From the NCBI GenBank assembly GCA_946482465.1, contig CAMLRL010000004.1, positions 17,441 to 81,440 of the forward strand: DNA of 64,000 nucleotides, in the 5' to 3' direction. This stretch comes from an uncultured Lactobacillus sp. GTDB taxonomy: Bacteria; Bacillota; Bacilli; Lactobacillales; Lactobacillaceae. Position 1 is the stretch's first letter; every line of letters starts with the position of its first letter. The notes under the pieces were generated by a model. That model was not told where the DNA came from, did not search any database, and was given only the letters and a program-made list of their open reading frames with translations. Of this stretch, positions 1 to 9,228 are shown in pieces. The position numbers and the translations under genes are program-made.

Positions 1-714
1 TCTGCACATCGAATTAACGTGGTTATCCCTTATTTAGCATATTCACGTTCAGATACCAAAACACGTTCACGTGAACCAATTACAGCTAAGTTGATTGCTA
101 ATTTACTGCAAATAACAGGTATGGATCACTTGATTGTCTTGGATCTTCACGCTTCGCAAATTCAAGGCTTCTACAATGTGCCAGTTGATCACTTACACGC
201 TATGCCACTTTTAGCGCAATACTTCCTTGACAATGGTATTGCAACTAAAGAAGAGGATGACATCGTTGTTGTTTCACCAGATCATTCTGGTGCAAAATTG
301 GCACGTAATTTTGGGCAATTCTTTGACGCCCCAATTGCAATCGTTGATCAACGCCGTGCTCGTTATGACGCTGATGTTCATGCCATGATTGGTGATGTTA
401 AGGGTAAAAAGTGTATCATTGTCGACGATTTGATCGATACAGGTTCAAGAATTTCTTCATCAACTAAGTCTGTTTTGGCAGCTGGTGCTAATAAGGTCTA
501 TGTTGCTGCAACTCATGCACTTCTTTCACAAGACGCACTTGAAACACTTAATGAGTTACCAATTGAGCAAATTGTTGTCACTGATACAATTAAGCATAAT
601 CACTATCCTGACCGGATGGTTCGTATTTCAGTTGACTTACTGCTAGCGCGAGGAATTAACTATGTTTATAATGATCGTTCTATGCACTTATTAAGCGAGA
701 GCGACTTGAAGTAA
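1..714 (+). CDS. prs: Ribose-phosphate pyrophosphokinase family protein, 5'-truncated by the window edge; degenerate paralog
   Basis: Frame is open from base 1 (SAHRINVVIPY). PRS motifs DLHASQIQGFY, VVVSPD and VDDLIDTG are present; several catalytic residues differ from consensus. Confidence 0.88.
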   Translation, partial: SAHRINVVIPYLAYSRSDTKTRSREPITAKLIANLLQITGMDHLIVLDLHASQIQGFYNVPVDHLHAMPLLAQYFLDNGIATKEEDDIVVVSPDHSGAKLARNFGQFFDAPIAIVDQRRARYDADVHAMIGDVKGKKCIIVDDLIDTGSRISSSTKSVLAAGANKVYVAATHALLSQDALETLNELPIEQIVVTDTIKHNHYPDRMVRISVDLLLARGINYVYNDRSMHLLSESDLK

Positions 715-854
715 TTTAACATTTTATACACTTTTTACTGTACACATAAACCTTTGCATGGCAATAATTGTGCTGTTTTTGTGTATTTTTGTTTATTTAT
801 TTCATAACACTGATATAATAAAAACAAAATGTGTAAGAACGGAGAAACCATAAA

Positions 855-1538
855 ATGGCACGACGTAAAAACTTCAAGAGAAGACGAATTATTTTAAGTA
901 ATACCTTCAATTTGATTAGGGAAAACGGAATGGATAATGTATCCTTCCAAATGATTGCAGAAAAATCTGGGATTTCCAAGTCGCTTCTTCAATCCTACTA
1001 TCCGCATAAAGCAAAATTAACTGATGATGTGGTTCGCAATATCCTTAATACGTTGGATGAGCAGGTTAAAAAGTTCAATCCTACTAAGGAAGGTAACATT
1101 TGTGCTCGTACCAAAGCGTTTATTTACACAGTTGCGATGCTCGGTATTTATGACAAAGGACTAAAGCGAATTATCTCGGAAGTTTTTAGTAGCAATGAAA
1201 CACTTGATAACTGGAGTAGTATGCTCAATAGTTGGGTAAAAGAAAACCAGATTTTTGACGAAGATCACTTCAATCTTAATGAAGTAGAATATGGTATTGC
1301 TTTTGTTGTAACAGGCGTTGGACGCCTCTATCATGATAGCAGTCGATTTAGTCTTTCTGCAGAACAGTTAGCAGATTATGCTACTAGCTCATTGATGTAT
1401 AGCTTTTTGCATTGTAATCAAGAGCAAGTAGATAAGGCACTTGAAGCAGGTCATAAGATAATTAAGTCCATTGACATTAAAGCAATTCACAATGCAATTG
1501 ATACAATGTTTGATGAAGATAAGGAGATCGTCTGTTAG
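855..1538 (+). CDS. TetR/AcrR family transcriptional regulator
   Basis: N-terminal HTH GMDNVSFQMIAEKSGISKSLLQSYYPHK; RBS GGAG upstream. Confidence 0.85.
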   Translation: MARRKNFKRRRIILSNTFNLIRENGMDNVSFQMIAEKSGISKSLLQSYYPHKAKLTDDVVRNILNTLDEQVKKFNPTKEGNICARTKAFIYTVAMLGIYDKGLKRIISEVFSSNETLDNWSSMLNSWVKENQIFDEDHFNLNEVEYGIAFVVTGVGRLYHDSSRFSLSAEQLADYATSSLMYSFLHCNQEQVDKALEAGHKIIKSIDIKAIHNAIDTMFDEDKEIVC

Positions 1539-1549
1539 AAAGGACATAT

Positions 1550-2377
1550 ATGACAAGCAGTACGCAAACAGATTTGCGTAGAGTCACTCAGGAAGAAAAG
1601 CACCAATATCAAAAGGCTTTATCATTTATTATTTTATTAATTGTAGCCTTGGTAATGGTCTCAGTGACTTTTCTCAATCCTTTTTTTATGAAAGGACAAA
1701 TTAGGTCTGATAGCAATCAAGTTGTGGTTGTCAGACAAGTCAATAAGCACTTTAATACGCTTGCGAGAGAAATTGGGGCACGGCAAAGCGATGATGCCAA
1801 TTTACTAACTAATAAGCAGACACAGCTAATTGCTGACCACATTATCGACTACACTTTGAAGCCTTGGTTTAAGGTAAACAAGTTAGCTTTAGCCAATGAT
1901 ATATTGTATGATATTAATTTAAATATTGACCAGGGCGCATCAAGCGATGCGCAACTGGTACAAGAAAAATTAAAAAAGCAAGGTAGTAATGCCCCGTATG
2001 AAGTAATGGATGCATTTAGTTTAAGCACCATTACTGTTGGCGGGAATGTAGCTTTTGGTCTTCTATTGTTAAATATTGTTTTGATGATAATGGCCGTAAT
2101 TAGTCTGCGTTCATTATTCAATGAAGTAAGAGCAGCTTTTACTAAAAAGATGTTGATACATGTTATGACCGCATCAAATATGTGGGCAGGCTTTTGGTTA
2201 ATGCTGGTTGCAGGAATATTTGCCCTTATTCCAGTTATAATTAATGTTGAAGCTGTTGCAGTTTTAGGCTATTTACTTGAAATTGGCAGCAGTATTTTCC
2301 TTGATTTTGTAATTGTTGGCGTGCTTTTGTACGTTTTCAGTGCAATTCCTTGGAAGATTACGTCTCCTAATAATTAA
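1550..2377 (+). CDS. Hypothetical membrane protein (1 N-terminal TM, extracellular loop, about 3 C-terminal TMs)
   Basis: Hydrophobic segments in the translation; RBS AAGGA; 11 nt after the TetR gene. Confidence 0.75.
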   Translation: MTSSTQTDLRRVTQEEKHQYQKALSFIILLIVALVMVSVTFLNPFFMKGQIRSDSNQVVVVRQVNKHFNTLAREIGARQSDDANLLTNKQTQLIADHIIDYTLKPWFKVNKLALANDILYDINLNIDQGASSDAQLVQEKLKKQGSNAPYEVMDAFSLSTITVGGNVAFGLLLLNIVLMIMAVISLRSLFNEVRAAFTKKMLIHVMTASNMWAGFWLMLVAGIFALIPVIINVEAVAVLGYLLEIGSSIFLDFVIVGVLLYVFSAIPWKITSPNN

Positions 2378-2425
2378 GGTTCTAGCTATTTATACGTGAT
2401 TGAAAAATGACCAAAGGAGGCAAAT

Positions 2426-2899
2426 ATGAAAATCTATTTTGCAAACGCACTGTTTTCTCAGGCAGAACTTAATTACAATGCGCAACTCGCAGCTAAAATT
2501 AGACAATTAGATCAAACGATTGATTTATACTTACCTCAGGAAAATGATTCAATCAATGACAAACAGGCTTACGCTGATTCTAAAATGATTGCCCAAGCTG
2601 ACACAGAAAAATTACTTGCCAGTGATTTGATGGTGGCAGTTCTTGATGGGTTAAGCATTGATAATGGTGTCGCCAGCGAAATTGGTGTTGCTTACGCGAA
2701 AGAAATTCCAATTATTGGTCTTTATACGGATACACGTCAACAGGGTAGTAGTAACCAACAAAAGCTACAGGCATTAGGTCAAATAGCTGAGAATCAGTTC
2801 CATTATGTTAACTTGTATACAACAGGGTTAATTAAACTTAACGGTACAATTGTTAATAGTGAAGCTGATTTACTTGAAGCAGTTAAGAAATATCTCTAA
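2426..2899 (+). CDS. Nucleoside 2-deoxyribosyltransferase family protein
   Basis: KIYFANALFS, YLPQEN and DNGVASEIGVAYA (catalytic Glu) motifs; RBS GGAGG. Confidence 0.85.
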   Translation: MKIYFANALFSQAELNYNAQLAAKIRQLDQTIDLYLPQENDSINDKQAYADSKMIAQADTEKLLASDLMVAVLDGLSIDNGVASEIGVAYAKEIPIIGLYTDTRQQGSSNQQKLQALGQIAENQFHYVNLYTTGLIKLNGTIVNSEADLLEAVKKYL

Positions 2900-2904
2900 T
2901 AAAG

Positions 2905-2940
2905 AAGCACGATTCCATAATTTTAAGGGGAATCGTGCTT
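2905..2940. terminator. Bidirectional intrinsic terminator between convergent genes
   Basis: AAGCACGATTCC...GGAATCGTGCTT, a 12-bp inverted repeat. Confidence 0.8.
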
Positions 2941-3927
2941 TTATTGTTTTAACTGAAATAATTTAAAATGATAGCTAGTGATACCGCTGATATCGACGCG
3001 GTACTCGTGATTGGGAATCAAAGGTGTATCACCCGGTAAGTAGGTAATAACTGATTGGAAGTTACCATAGCCGGCACTACTAAAGTTTTCAACTTTTTCA
3101 GCTTGATAACTGATGCCACTGTCTTCATCAGTTATTGTGATTTTTGGTGTTCCTTCAATTACTTGATCAGAAAAATAAAGTGACCAAGCGATATTTTTCC
3201 CTTTCAAAATTTCGATTGGAAAAACTCCTGCTTCTGGATAGGCGACTTGAGCTTGGCTGGCCAGGCGAAAAGCATCAGTCGAATTGATGACTTTTTGAAC
3301 AGAATAGCGATAACCGTTTTTGCCATAAGCTGCACCAATTCCAATGGTAGTCAGCTTGGTTGACAGTAGCCAGGCGCGATGTCCCGTATCAGTTCCTGTG
3401 AGATTGTATGAATCAGTGAGCAAATCCGTTACGACGTCGCCAGCAGACTGGTTGCACGTATTAAAGTTCAGGTTTGCTGCATTAGAAGTCTTACGTGCAA
3501 TTTGCCAAGTCCCGCGATTGATGATTTTAGGCTTTTTTTCGTAAGGTAAATTATGCTGATTAATTAAAGGGTTGGCATTAAGGAGTGCTAACACTGCTGC
3601 TGTTTTTTGAGCACTAATGTTGTCTTGATGATTGTCACTAACTGGTTCTAAGTTGAAAAGCTGACGATAATAGTTAATATAAGCCAGTTGCTGCTCAAGA
3701 TAAGCAGGTGCTAGTATGCCTTCTTTAAATTTGCGACTAAATTGCGGTTTAACTGCATAAAGATTAGTAGTATTAAAGGTGGTCTGGTCTAGAGCTTTGT
3801 AGTCTTGTTGAAGCTGCTGAATTTTGGCTGTCTCAGCTGATGTGAATTCGGCAGCACTAACCATACTAGTGCCAAAAGGAAGAACACAAAGTAAGCTAGT
3901 TAATATTAAAATGATTTTACGTGACAC
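2941..3927 (-). CDS. Secreted CAP/SCP-domain protein
   Basis: Signal peptide ending VSA-A; YINYYRQLFNL and TGHRAWLLS...IGIG CAP motifs. Confidence 0.8.
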   Translation of the reverse strand: MSRKIILILTSLLCVLPFGTSMVSAAEFTSAETAKIQQLQQDYKALDQTTFNTTNLYAVKPQFSRKFKEGILAPAYLEQQLAYINYYRQLFNLEPVSDNHQDNISAQKTAAVLALLNANPLINQHNLPYEKKPKIINRGTWQIARKTSNAANLNFNTCNQSAGDVVTDLLTDSYNLTGTDTGHRAWLLSTKLTTIGIGAAYGKNGYRYSVQKVINSTDAFRLASQAQVAYPEAGVFPIEILKGKNIAWSLYFSDQVIEGTPKITITDEDSGISYQAEKVENFSSAGYGNFQSVITYLPGDTPLIPNHEYRVDISGITSYHFKLFQLKQ

Positions 3928-4053
3928 TTTACTTTATTCCTCCTAATCCTCAATTTATTATAAGTCAAAACTTTGCAAATCAGTGCTAAAATTTGCAAAA
4001 TACTAAAATAAAGGTGCTAATTATCAGTATGTTTTAAGTGTAGGAGAAAGATA

Positions 4054-5091
4054 ATGTCGCTTAATCGGGGGATTCCAAAAGCTCATAATATTCAAATTGA
4101 GTTAATTAGTGATTTAGATGATTGGGACGGAGTAACCGGTTCTGTCGATCGTGACTTGCGCCAAGTAGTGGTCCAAAAAACTTATGTGGGGAAAAACCAT
4201 GCGTATGCCTTGCAGCAAGTCGGTGGCGCAACTTTTGTTTACCGTGGTCGCAAAGGACGCAATGTTTCTTTTGAAAAAAGTTGGCCAACTTTGCGAATAG
4301 TGCAAAAAGTAGCAGGTCATACGCAGACTTTTGAAAGTGCCGGTCGAAAGAAGCAATGGTTTGTTGGGGTAAAGCCCAATGACATGAATCAGCAGCAAGG
4401 CTGGTCTAGTTGGTCTTCTCAAATTGCTCGCCTAAAGTTACCAAGACTTAGATCGATAACTAACCTTAAGGGTGTGCCATGTCTAACCAACTTAAATCAT
4501 GCCGGTGAGAAATTCGGAATTGGCTGTCCCAGTGACCAGTTTGCTAGGGTGGAACTGGCTGTTTCGTCTGATCAACAAGATGCACTAATTGCTTATGGTG
4601 ACAATGATCATAATGGCTATTTTGCGCTCTATCATTTAAATGAGCTTAATGACGCTCTTGACCAGGTAAAAGAACCTAATAAAACTGTTGATGTTACTCA
4701 ACTCAACTGTCTGGACGCATTTATGATTCCTAATTTGTCTGGTGGCACTGGCCAAGTTGGTTCGTTGCAGGGCTTTGCCCTTAACCATTATTTTGATCAA
4801 AGTGGCAAAGAACAAAATGACTTGTATATATCTAGCCAGCCCGCTAGTGACAAGGTGGGACATGATCGAAAAATTGTGAAAATTCCGTGGCGTGAATCTA
4901 ATCCACTTAATTGGGAAATGGTTGACTTGACTGAGCAGCCCGCATTAGAAATTCCTGGCTATTACACCGAACTTGAGGGTTTACAGCTAATTGGCAATAA
5001 TGAAGTTTATTTAACAGCTGCGTACCACCAGCAATTTTTGACGAAAAATCCCACTAAAATTAACAAACTTTATCGCATTGCATGGGAATAA
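4054..5091 (+). CDS. Helveticin J family class III bacteriocin-like protein
   Basis: Collinear helveticin J blocks: VVQKTYVG..YALQ, GHTQT.E.AG, QWFVGVKP, W..QIAR, YISSQ, IVKIPW, IPG...ELE.LQLIG.N..YLT.AYH, C-terminal W. Confidence 0.85.
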   Translation: MSLNRGIPKAHNIQIELISDLDDWDGVTGSVDRDLRQVVVQKTYVGKNHAYALQQVGGATFVYRGRKGRNVSFEKSWPTLRIVQKVAGHTQTFESAGRKKQWFVGVKPNDMNQQQGWSSWSSQIARLKLPRLRSITNLKGVPCLTNLNHAGEKFGIGCPSDQFARVELAVSSDQQDALIAYGDNDHNGYFALYHLNELNDALDQVKEPNKTVDVTQLNCLDAFMIPNLSGGTGQVGSLQGFALNHYFDQSGKEQNDLYISSQPASDKVGHDRKIVKIPWRESNPLNWEMVDLTEQPALEIPGYYTELEGLQLIGNNEVYLTAAYHQQFLTKNPTKINKLYRIAWE

Positions 5092-5271
5092 TGCTAATTA
5101 AGTAAGATTACGGCTGGACTTAAAAAGAGAGTTAGTAACTAGCAAAATAAGTAAGTTCATCTTTCTTGTTTCATAATAAAAGTTCCCTAAGCCGTGGCAA
5201 ATAGGGGCTTTTTCACATTAAAGAGAACAAATAAAGAAATTTTTTCAAAAAAATTGTTTAATTTACACTTT

Positions 5272-5295
5272 TTTACAAGTTTATTGCCGTATAAT
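5272..5295 (+). promoter_or_regulatory. Putative sigma-A promoter region of ddl (TATAAT at 5290-5295)
   Basis: Perfect -10 hexamer about 36 nt before the ddl ATG; upstream TTTACA repeats. Confidence 0.55.
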
Positions 5296-5331
5296 TAAAA
5301 AGTTAGAAACATTAGTTAAGAGGTAGAATAA

Positions 5332-6417
5332 ATGACTAGAAAAACACAGGTTGGTCTGATCTTTGGTGGCAATTCCTCCGAATATGAAGTATCAATTATG
5401 TCGGGCCACAATATTTATAATGCAATTGATAAGGACAAGTTTGACGTTTGTCCAATTTGGATTACCAATGACGGCTACTTGGCAAGTAAGGAAGACTCAT
5501 TTAAAGTTCTTGAGGATCCCAAATATACTGTGGAAAATCCACATAAAGTCGCGAACATTTCCAATCTGATTGAGCTGGCTGATTTACCTGAAATCGATGT
5601 TTTCTTTCCAATTGTTCACGGTAATTTAGGTGAAGATGGTTGTTTGCAGGGACTTTTCCGTATTCTCGACAAGCCATTTGTTGGTGACGATGTTTTAGCA
5701 TCTGCGGTCACAATGGATAAAGAGTTTACGAAAATCCTGGCGCAACGCGTTGGTGTACCTGTTGCTGACTGGATTTCAATTAAGCGATTTGAATACGAAG
5801 ATGCAAATAATGATAAGCGCAATTACGCAAAAGTGAGCGAAAAATTAGGTGGTGACTTGTTTGTGAAGCCATCTAATCAAGGTTCTTCTGTTGGGGTTCA
5901 TCATGTAACTAACGAGCAAGAATTCAATGATGCACTGGAAGATGCCTTTAGATATGATGACAAAGTCTTAATTGAAGAAACAATTCATGGAACTGAAGTT
6001 GAAACAGCTGTGCTAGGTAACGACAAGCCTATTGTTTCTGGTGTTGGTCAAATTATCAATGCTGAAGGTACTTTTTATAGTTATGAAAATAAGTATGATG
6101 ATGATTCAACAACTATGTTACAAATCCCAGCAGATTTACCAGCAGATATTACCGAAAAGGTTCGCTCAAATGCCTTAAAGGTATATCAAGCCACAGAATG
6201 TAGTGGTTTATCACGTGTTGACTCAACATTGCGTGAAAGTGATCATCAACTAATTTTAACTGAAATTAATGCCCTACCTGGTTTTACTAACATCAGTATG
6301 TATCCTAAGCTATTTGAAGAAGCAGGCATCCCATACTCTGAATTAATCACACGTCTAATTGAATACGCTCAAGAACGCCATGAGCACAAAAAGACACTGC
6401 TACATAAACATGATTAA
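5332..6417 (+). CDS. ddl: D-alanine--D-alanine ligase
   Basis: FGGNSSEYEVS, HGNLGEDG, KPSNQGSSVG, FYSYENKY and EINALPGFT motifs. Confidence 0.97.
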   Translation: MTRKTQVGLIFGGNSSEYEVSIMSGHNIYNAIDKDKFDVCPIWITNDGYLASKEDSFKVLEDPKYTVENPHKVANISNLIELADLPEIDVFFPIVHGNLGEDGCLQGLFRILDKPFVGDDVLASAVTMDKEFTKILAQRVGVPVADWISIKRFEYEDANNDKRNYAKVSEKLGGDLFVKPSNQGSSVGVHHVTNEQEFNDALEDAFRYDDKVLIEETIHGTEVETAVLGNDKPIVSGVGQIINAEGTFYSYENKYDDDSTTMLQIPADLPADITEKVRSNALKVYQATECSGLSRVDSTLRESDHQLILTEINALPGFTNISMYPKLFEEAGIPYSELITRLIEYAQERHEHKKTLLHKHD

Positions 6418-6444
6418 GCTGGACTATGCTGGGAGTATTAATTA

Positions 6445-7224
6445 ATGACAAAAGATAAGCATGATTTTGAAGAGTTAACTGCACCTGCTGCTACTGCTAA
6501 AGAACTAAAAATAAGTGTGCCAACTTTGCGGAAGTACTCACTGATTGTTGAAAAAGTGACTGGTAAACCAGACTACTATGAACGGACAAAGCAAAAAGCC
6601 CGTTTATATAGTAAAAAGGATTTGCAAGACCTCAAAGACTTTCATAAGCTAGCTCAAGATAATGGTTTGACATTACAAGAGGCGGCCCAACAGATTTTTG
6701 CTGTTAGTGATAAAAAAGATAAAACTAAGAAAGTTGCTCAAACAAAAGCTGAGCAGGAAAAACAAGAAGTGATGTCGCCTTCGCAAATGGGAAAATTGCT
6801 AACAGCTTTACAGCAGACAATTGTGCAACAAAATTCGGCACTTGATAAATTACAGAAACAGTTGAACCGAATTGAAAAGCAAAACAAAGACTTGCTAGCT
6901 AAGCAAAAAGAACTAGTCCAAAAAGATTCTGACGAAAGTGCCTTTGCTGGGCTACCTGATATTTCAGGTATTATTACCGATGATGAAACAGATTTACTCG
7001 ATCAAGCTGATTCTGACATCGACAAACCGTTAACGGCTGCGGAGAAGCGCGCCCAAGTTGTCGATGATGGACAAAAATCAAGTGAAGAAGTCCATGAAGA
7101 AATATTAGCTAAAGCCAAGGAAAATGCCGAAAAAAGTGCCAACAATAGTGGTTTGCGAACTTTGACTGATATGCAGGTCGAACCCAAAAAGGCTCACTGG
7201 TGGCAAAAATTTTTGGATATCTAA
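6445..7224 (+). CDS. MerR-like HTH / coiled-coil protein with C-terminal amphipathic helix (RocS/RacA-like architecture)
   Basis: AKELKISVPTLRKYS HTH and RLYSKKDL wing, Q/K/L-rich coiled coil, terminal HWWQKFLDI. Confidence 0.7.
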   Translation: MTKDKHDFEELTAPAATAKELKISVPTLRKYSLIVEKVTGKPDYYERTKQKARLYSKKDLQDLKDFHKLAQDNGLTLQEAAQQIFAVSDKKDKTKKVAQTKAEQEKQEVMSPSQMGKLLTALQQTIVQQNSALDKLQKQLNRIEKQNKDLLAKQKELVQKDSDESAFAGLPDISGIITDDETDLLDQADSDIDKPLTAAEKRAQVVDDGQKSSEEVHEEILAKAKENAEKSANNSGLRTLTDMQVEPKKAHWWQKFLDI

Positions 7225-7230
7225 ATAATT

Positions 7231-7258
7231 AAAAACGACTTTTTAAAGCCGTTTTTTT
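7231..7258 (+). terminator. Intrinsic terminator
   Basis: AAAAACGAC...GCCGTTTTTTT hairpin with a T-tract. Confidence 0.6.
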
Positions 7259-7333
7259 ATTAATATTAAGTTTTAACTTATTAAGCTAAATTAAGATTCC
7301 AAATTGCTATTTTTGCGGTAGAGTAGAACCATT

Positions 7334-8470
7334 ATGGATTTAAGGATGGTCAAATTGAAGAGAATTAAGCGACGTTATCTTGTTGCTATGATTATTGCAG
7401 TCATTGGTTTGATTTTGACGGCTTGTACATACTTTGCCACTGACATCTATACTAAGCATGATGTTGCCGTCATCAGCGATAGGCAAATTAAAGATACGCT
7501 GGTCGAAAAAAGTACAGATGTTTATGACAACAAGGACGAAACAAGAAAGCAAATTTTACATTTAAAAATTTTATCGGGCAAATACAAGGGGCAAACCTTC
7601 CGTACGGTAAACTATTACTACCCTTCGCAATTGATTACGCAAAAATATCGGGCGGGTCAACGGATTTTTGTTAATATCAAGCACAATGATCCAGCTATTC
7701 AGGGACCTAAAAGGGATTGGATACTTGCGCTCGCACTTACGATCATGATGACACTGATGGTGGCCGTTTCTGGTAAAAAAGCACTGGGCTTGATGTGCTC
7801 AATGGCGTTAAGTTGGGCTTTGTTTTACCTGCTGATTATGACCGATATTAAGTTAAACGGTTCATATATCGTGCTACTGTTTGGTTTAGCTGATATTGTC
7901 TTTTCCTTTTTCAGTTTAGTTCTTGTTCAAGGTTTAAATAAAAAAATGCTGGCGACATGGTTAGCCACAATCCTCGGCACGGTTGTTTCTTTTGCATTAT
8001 GCTATTTGATTATGCGTTTGACTGGAGAATCGGAAATCAAATATGAAACAGGCGATTATGCTACACAGGATCCACGGGGGATTTTCCTGGCGCAAACGCT
8101 GCTGGGAATTCTCGGTGCGGTTATGGATGAGGCAACTGACATCGTTTCTAGCCTATATGAACTAGTCCAAACTAAAAAGGACCTGACGGCGAAGCAGTTA
8201 GTCAAAAGTGGTCGCACTATGGGACAGGAAATAATGGGCCCCTTAATCAATGTTCTAGTACTGATTTTCATGTCAGAAGAATTACCACTGACAATCATTT
8301 ATTTGCGTGACAATAATACGCTTAGCTCAACCTTTGGCTTTACATTATCACTTGGCGTAACGCAAAGCGTAATTTCGGCCATTGGAATTGTGTTGACCGT
8401 TGTCTTTGCAACAGGTTGTAGTCTTCTCTTTTTGGAAGAGAAAAAGAGAAAGGAGTGGAAGCAAATTTGA
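7334..8470 (+). CDS. YibE/F family membrane protein
   Basis: N-terminal TM plus beta-domain (LKILSGKYKGQ); GILGAVMDEATDIVSSL and G..MGQEIMG motifs. Confidence 0.85.
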   Translation: MDLRMVKLKRIKRRYLVAMIIAVIGLILTACTYFATDIYTKHDVAVISDRQIKDTLVEKSTDVYDNKDETRKQILHLKILSGKYKGQTFRTVNYYYPSQLITQKYRAGQRIFVNIKHNDPAIQGPKRDWILALALTIMMTLMVAVSGKKALGLMCSMALSWALFYLLIMTDIKLNGSYIVLLFGLADIVFSFFSLVLVQGLNKKMLATWLATILGTVVSFALCYLIMRLTGESEIKYETGDYATQDPRGIFLAQTLLGILGAVMDEATDIVSSLYELVQTKKDLTAKQLVKSGRTMGQEIMGPLINVLVLIFMSEELPLTIIYLRDNNTLSSTFGFTLSLGVTQSVISAIGIVLTVVFATGCSLLFLEEKKRKEWKQI

Positions 8471-9228
8471 GTACGTTAATGGCACTAATTATTGTTTTAG
8501 CAATTCTGATGACCATCGTTGGCGGTGAAACTGGAATTAGAAGCTTTTTCAGTGTACTGATTAACACACTGCTATTGATCTTGCTGGCAATTTTAATCTC
8601 ATGGGGCATTAATATTCCAATTTTGATTCTGATTTTTATTCCACTAAAATTAGTAACAATTATTTTCCTAGGGACACATGACTATCAGGTGGCCAAAAAT
8701 TCGTTTACCTGTTCGTTTATTGTCTGCTTAGTCGTCAGTGTGCTGATTTTAGGCTGTGAATGGCTTGCTCAAGCTGCGGGCCTTGGGCCAGAAGCGGGTG
8801 AAATTTTGGTTGGTTTATCGCAAATGCCAGGCTTAAGCTACCCACTAATTGCTGTAGCTGTTGCGATTTTTTCGACCTTAGGTGCAGTTGCTGAAGCCGC
8901 AGTTGCAATGAGCTCTGGTTTATTAGAAATCAAAAAGCACAATCCGGAAATTTCACACGAGGATTTAATGGCGAGCGGGTCTAAAATAGGTAATGATGTA
9001 TTAGGAACATCAATGAACACGATTTTATTTGGAATGTTTGGCAGCTTTTTATCCCTATTTTTATGGTATATTAGGCTAAATTACACTTTAGGTGAAATTC
9101 TCAACGAAAAGATGTTTGTTAATGAAATTTTGATTGTCATGTACTCGCTGATTGCCGTACTGCTAACGGTACCCCTATCAACGGCTTTCTTGGCAAAGAA
9201 TATGGTGAAGCATGAGGTAAAAGAATGA
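8455..9228 (+). CDS. YibE/F family membrane protein (short form)
   Basis: LGAVAEAAVAMSSGL and G..IGNDVLGTSMNTILFG; overlaps the upstream paralog; the true start may be TTG 8467. Confidence 0.85.
   Translation: MEANLSTLMALIIVLAILMTIVGGETGIRSFFSVLINTLLLILLAILISWGINIPILILIFIPLKLVTIIFLGTHDYQVAKNSFTCSFIVCLVVSVLILGCEWLAQAAGLGPEAGEILVGLSQMPGLSYPLIAVAVAIFSTLGAVAEAAVAMSSGLLEIKKHNPEISHEDLMASGSKIGNDVLGTSMNTILFGMFGSFLSLFLWYIRLNYTLGEILNEKMFVNEILIVMYSLIAVLLTVPLSTAFLAKNMVKHEVKE

Noticed and set aside
63-78. GTTCACGTGAAC palindrome resembling parS inside prs
   Set aside because: Four mismatches to the 16-bp consensus, and it is explained by the coding sequence (RSREP).
2376-2415. GGTTCTAGCTA resembling a preQ1-I riboswitch loop
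   Set aside because: No complementary 3' strand to close P1 and no proper A-rich tail.
5105-5160. Partial resemblance to a T-box leader, a PyrR site (minus-strand AGTCCAG) or a tracrRNA
   Set aside because: No GGTGGNACC T-box, no GAGG half of the PyrR loop, and no cas genes or CRISPR repeats in the window.
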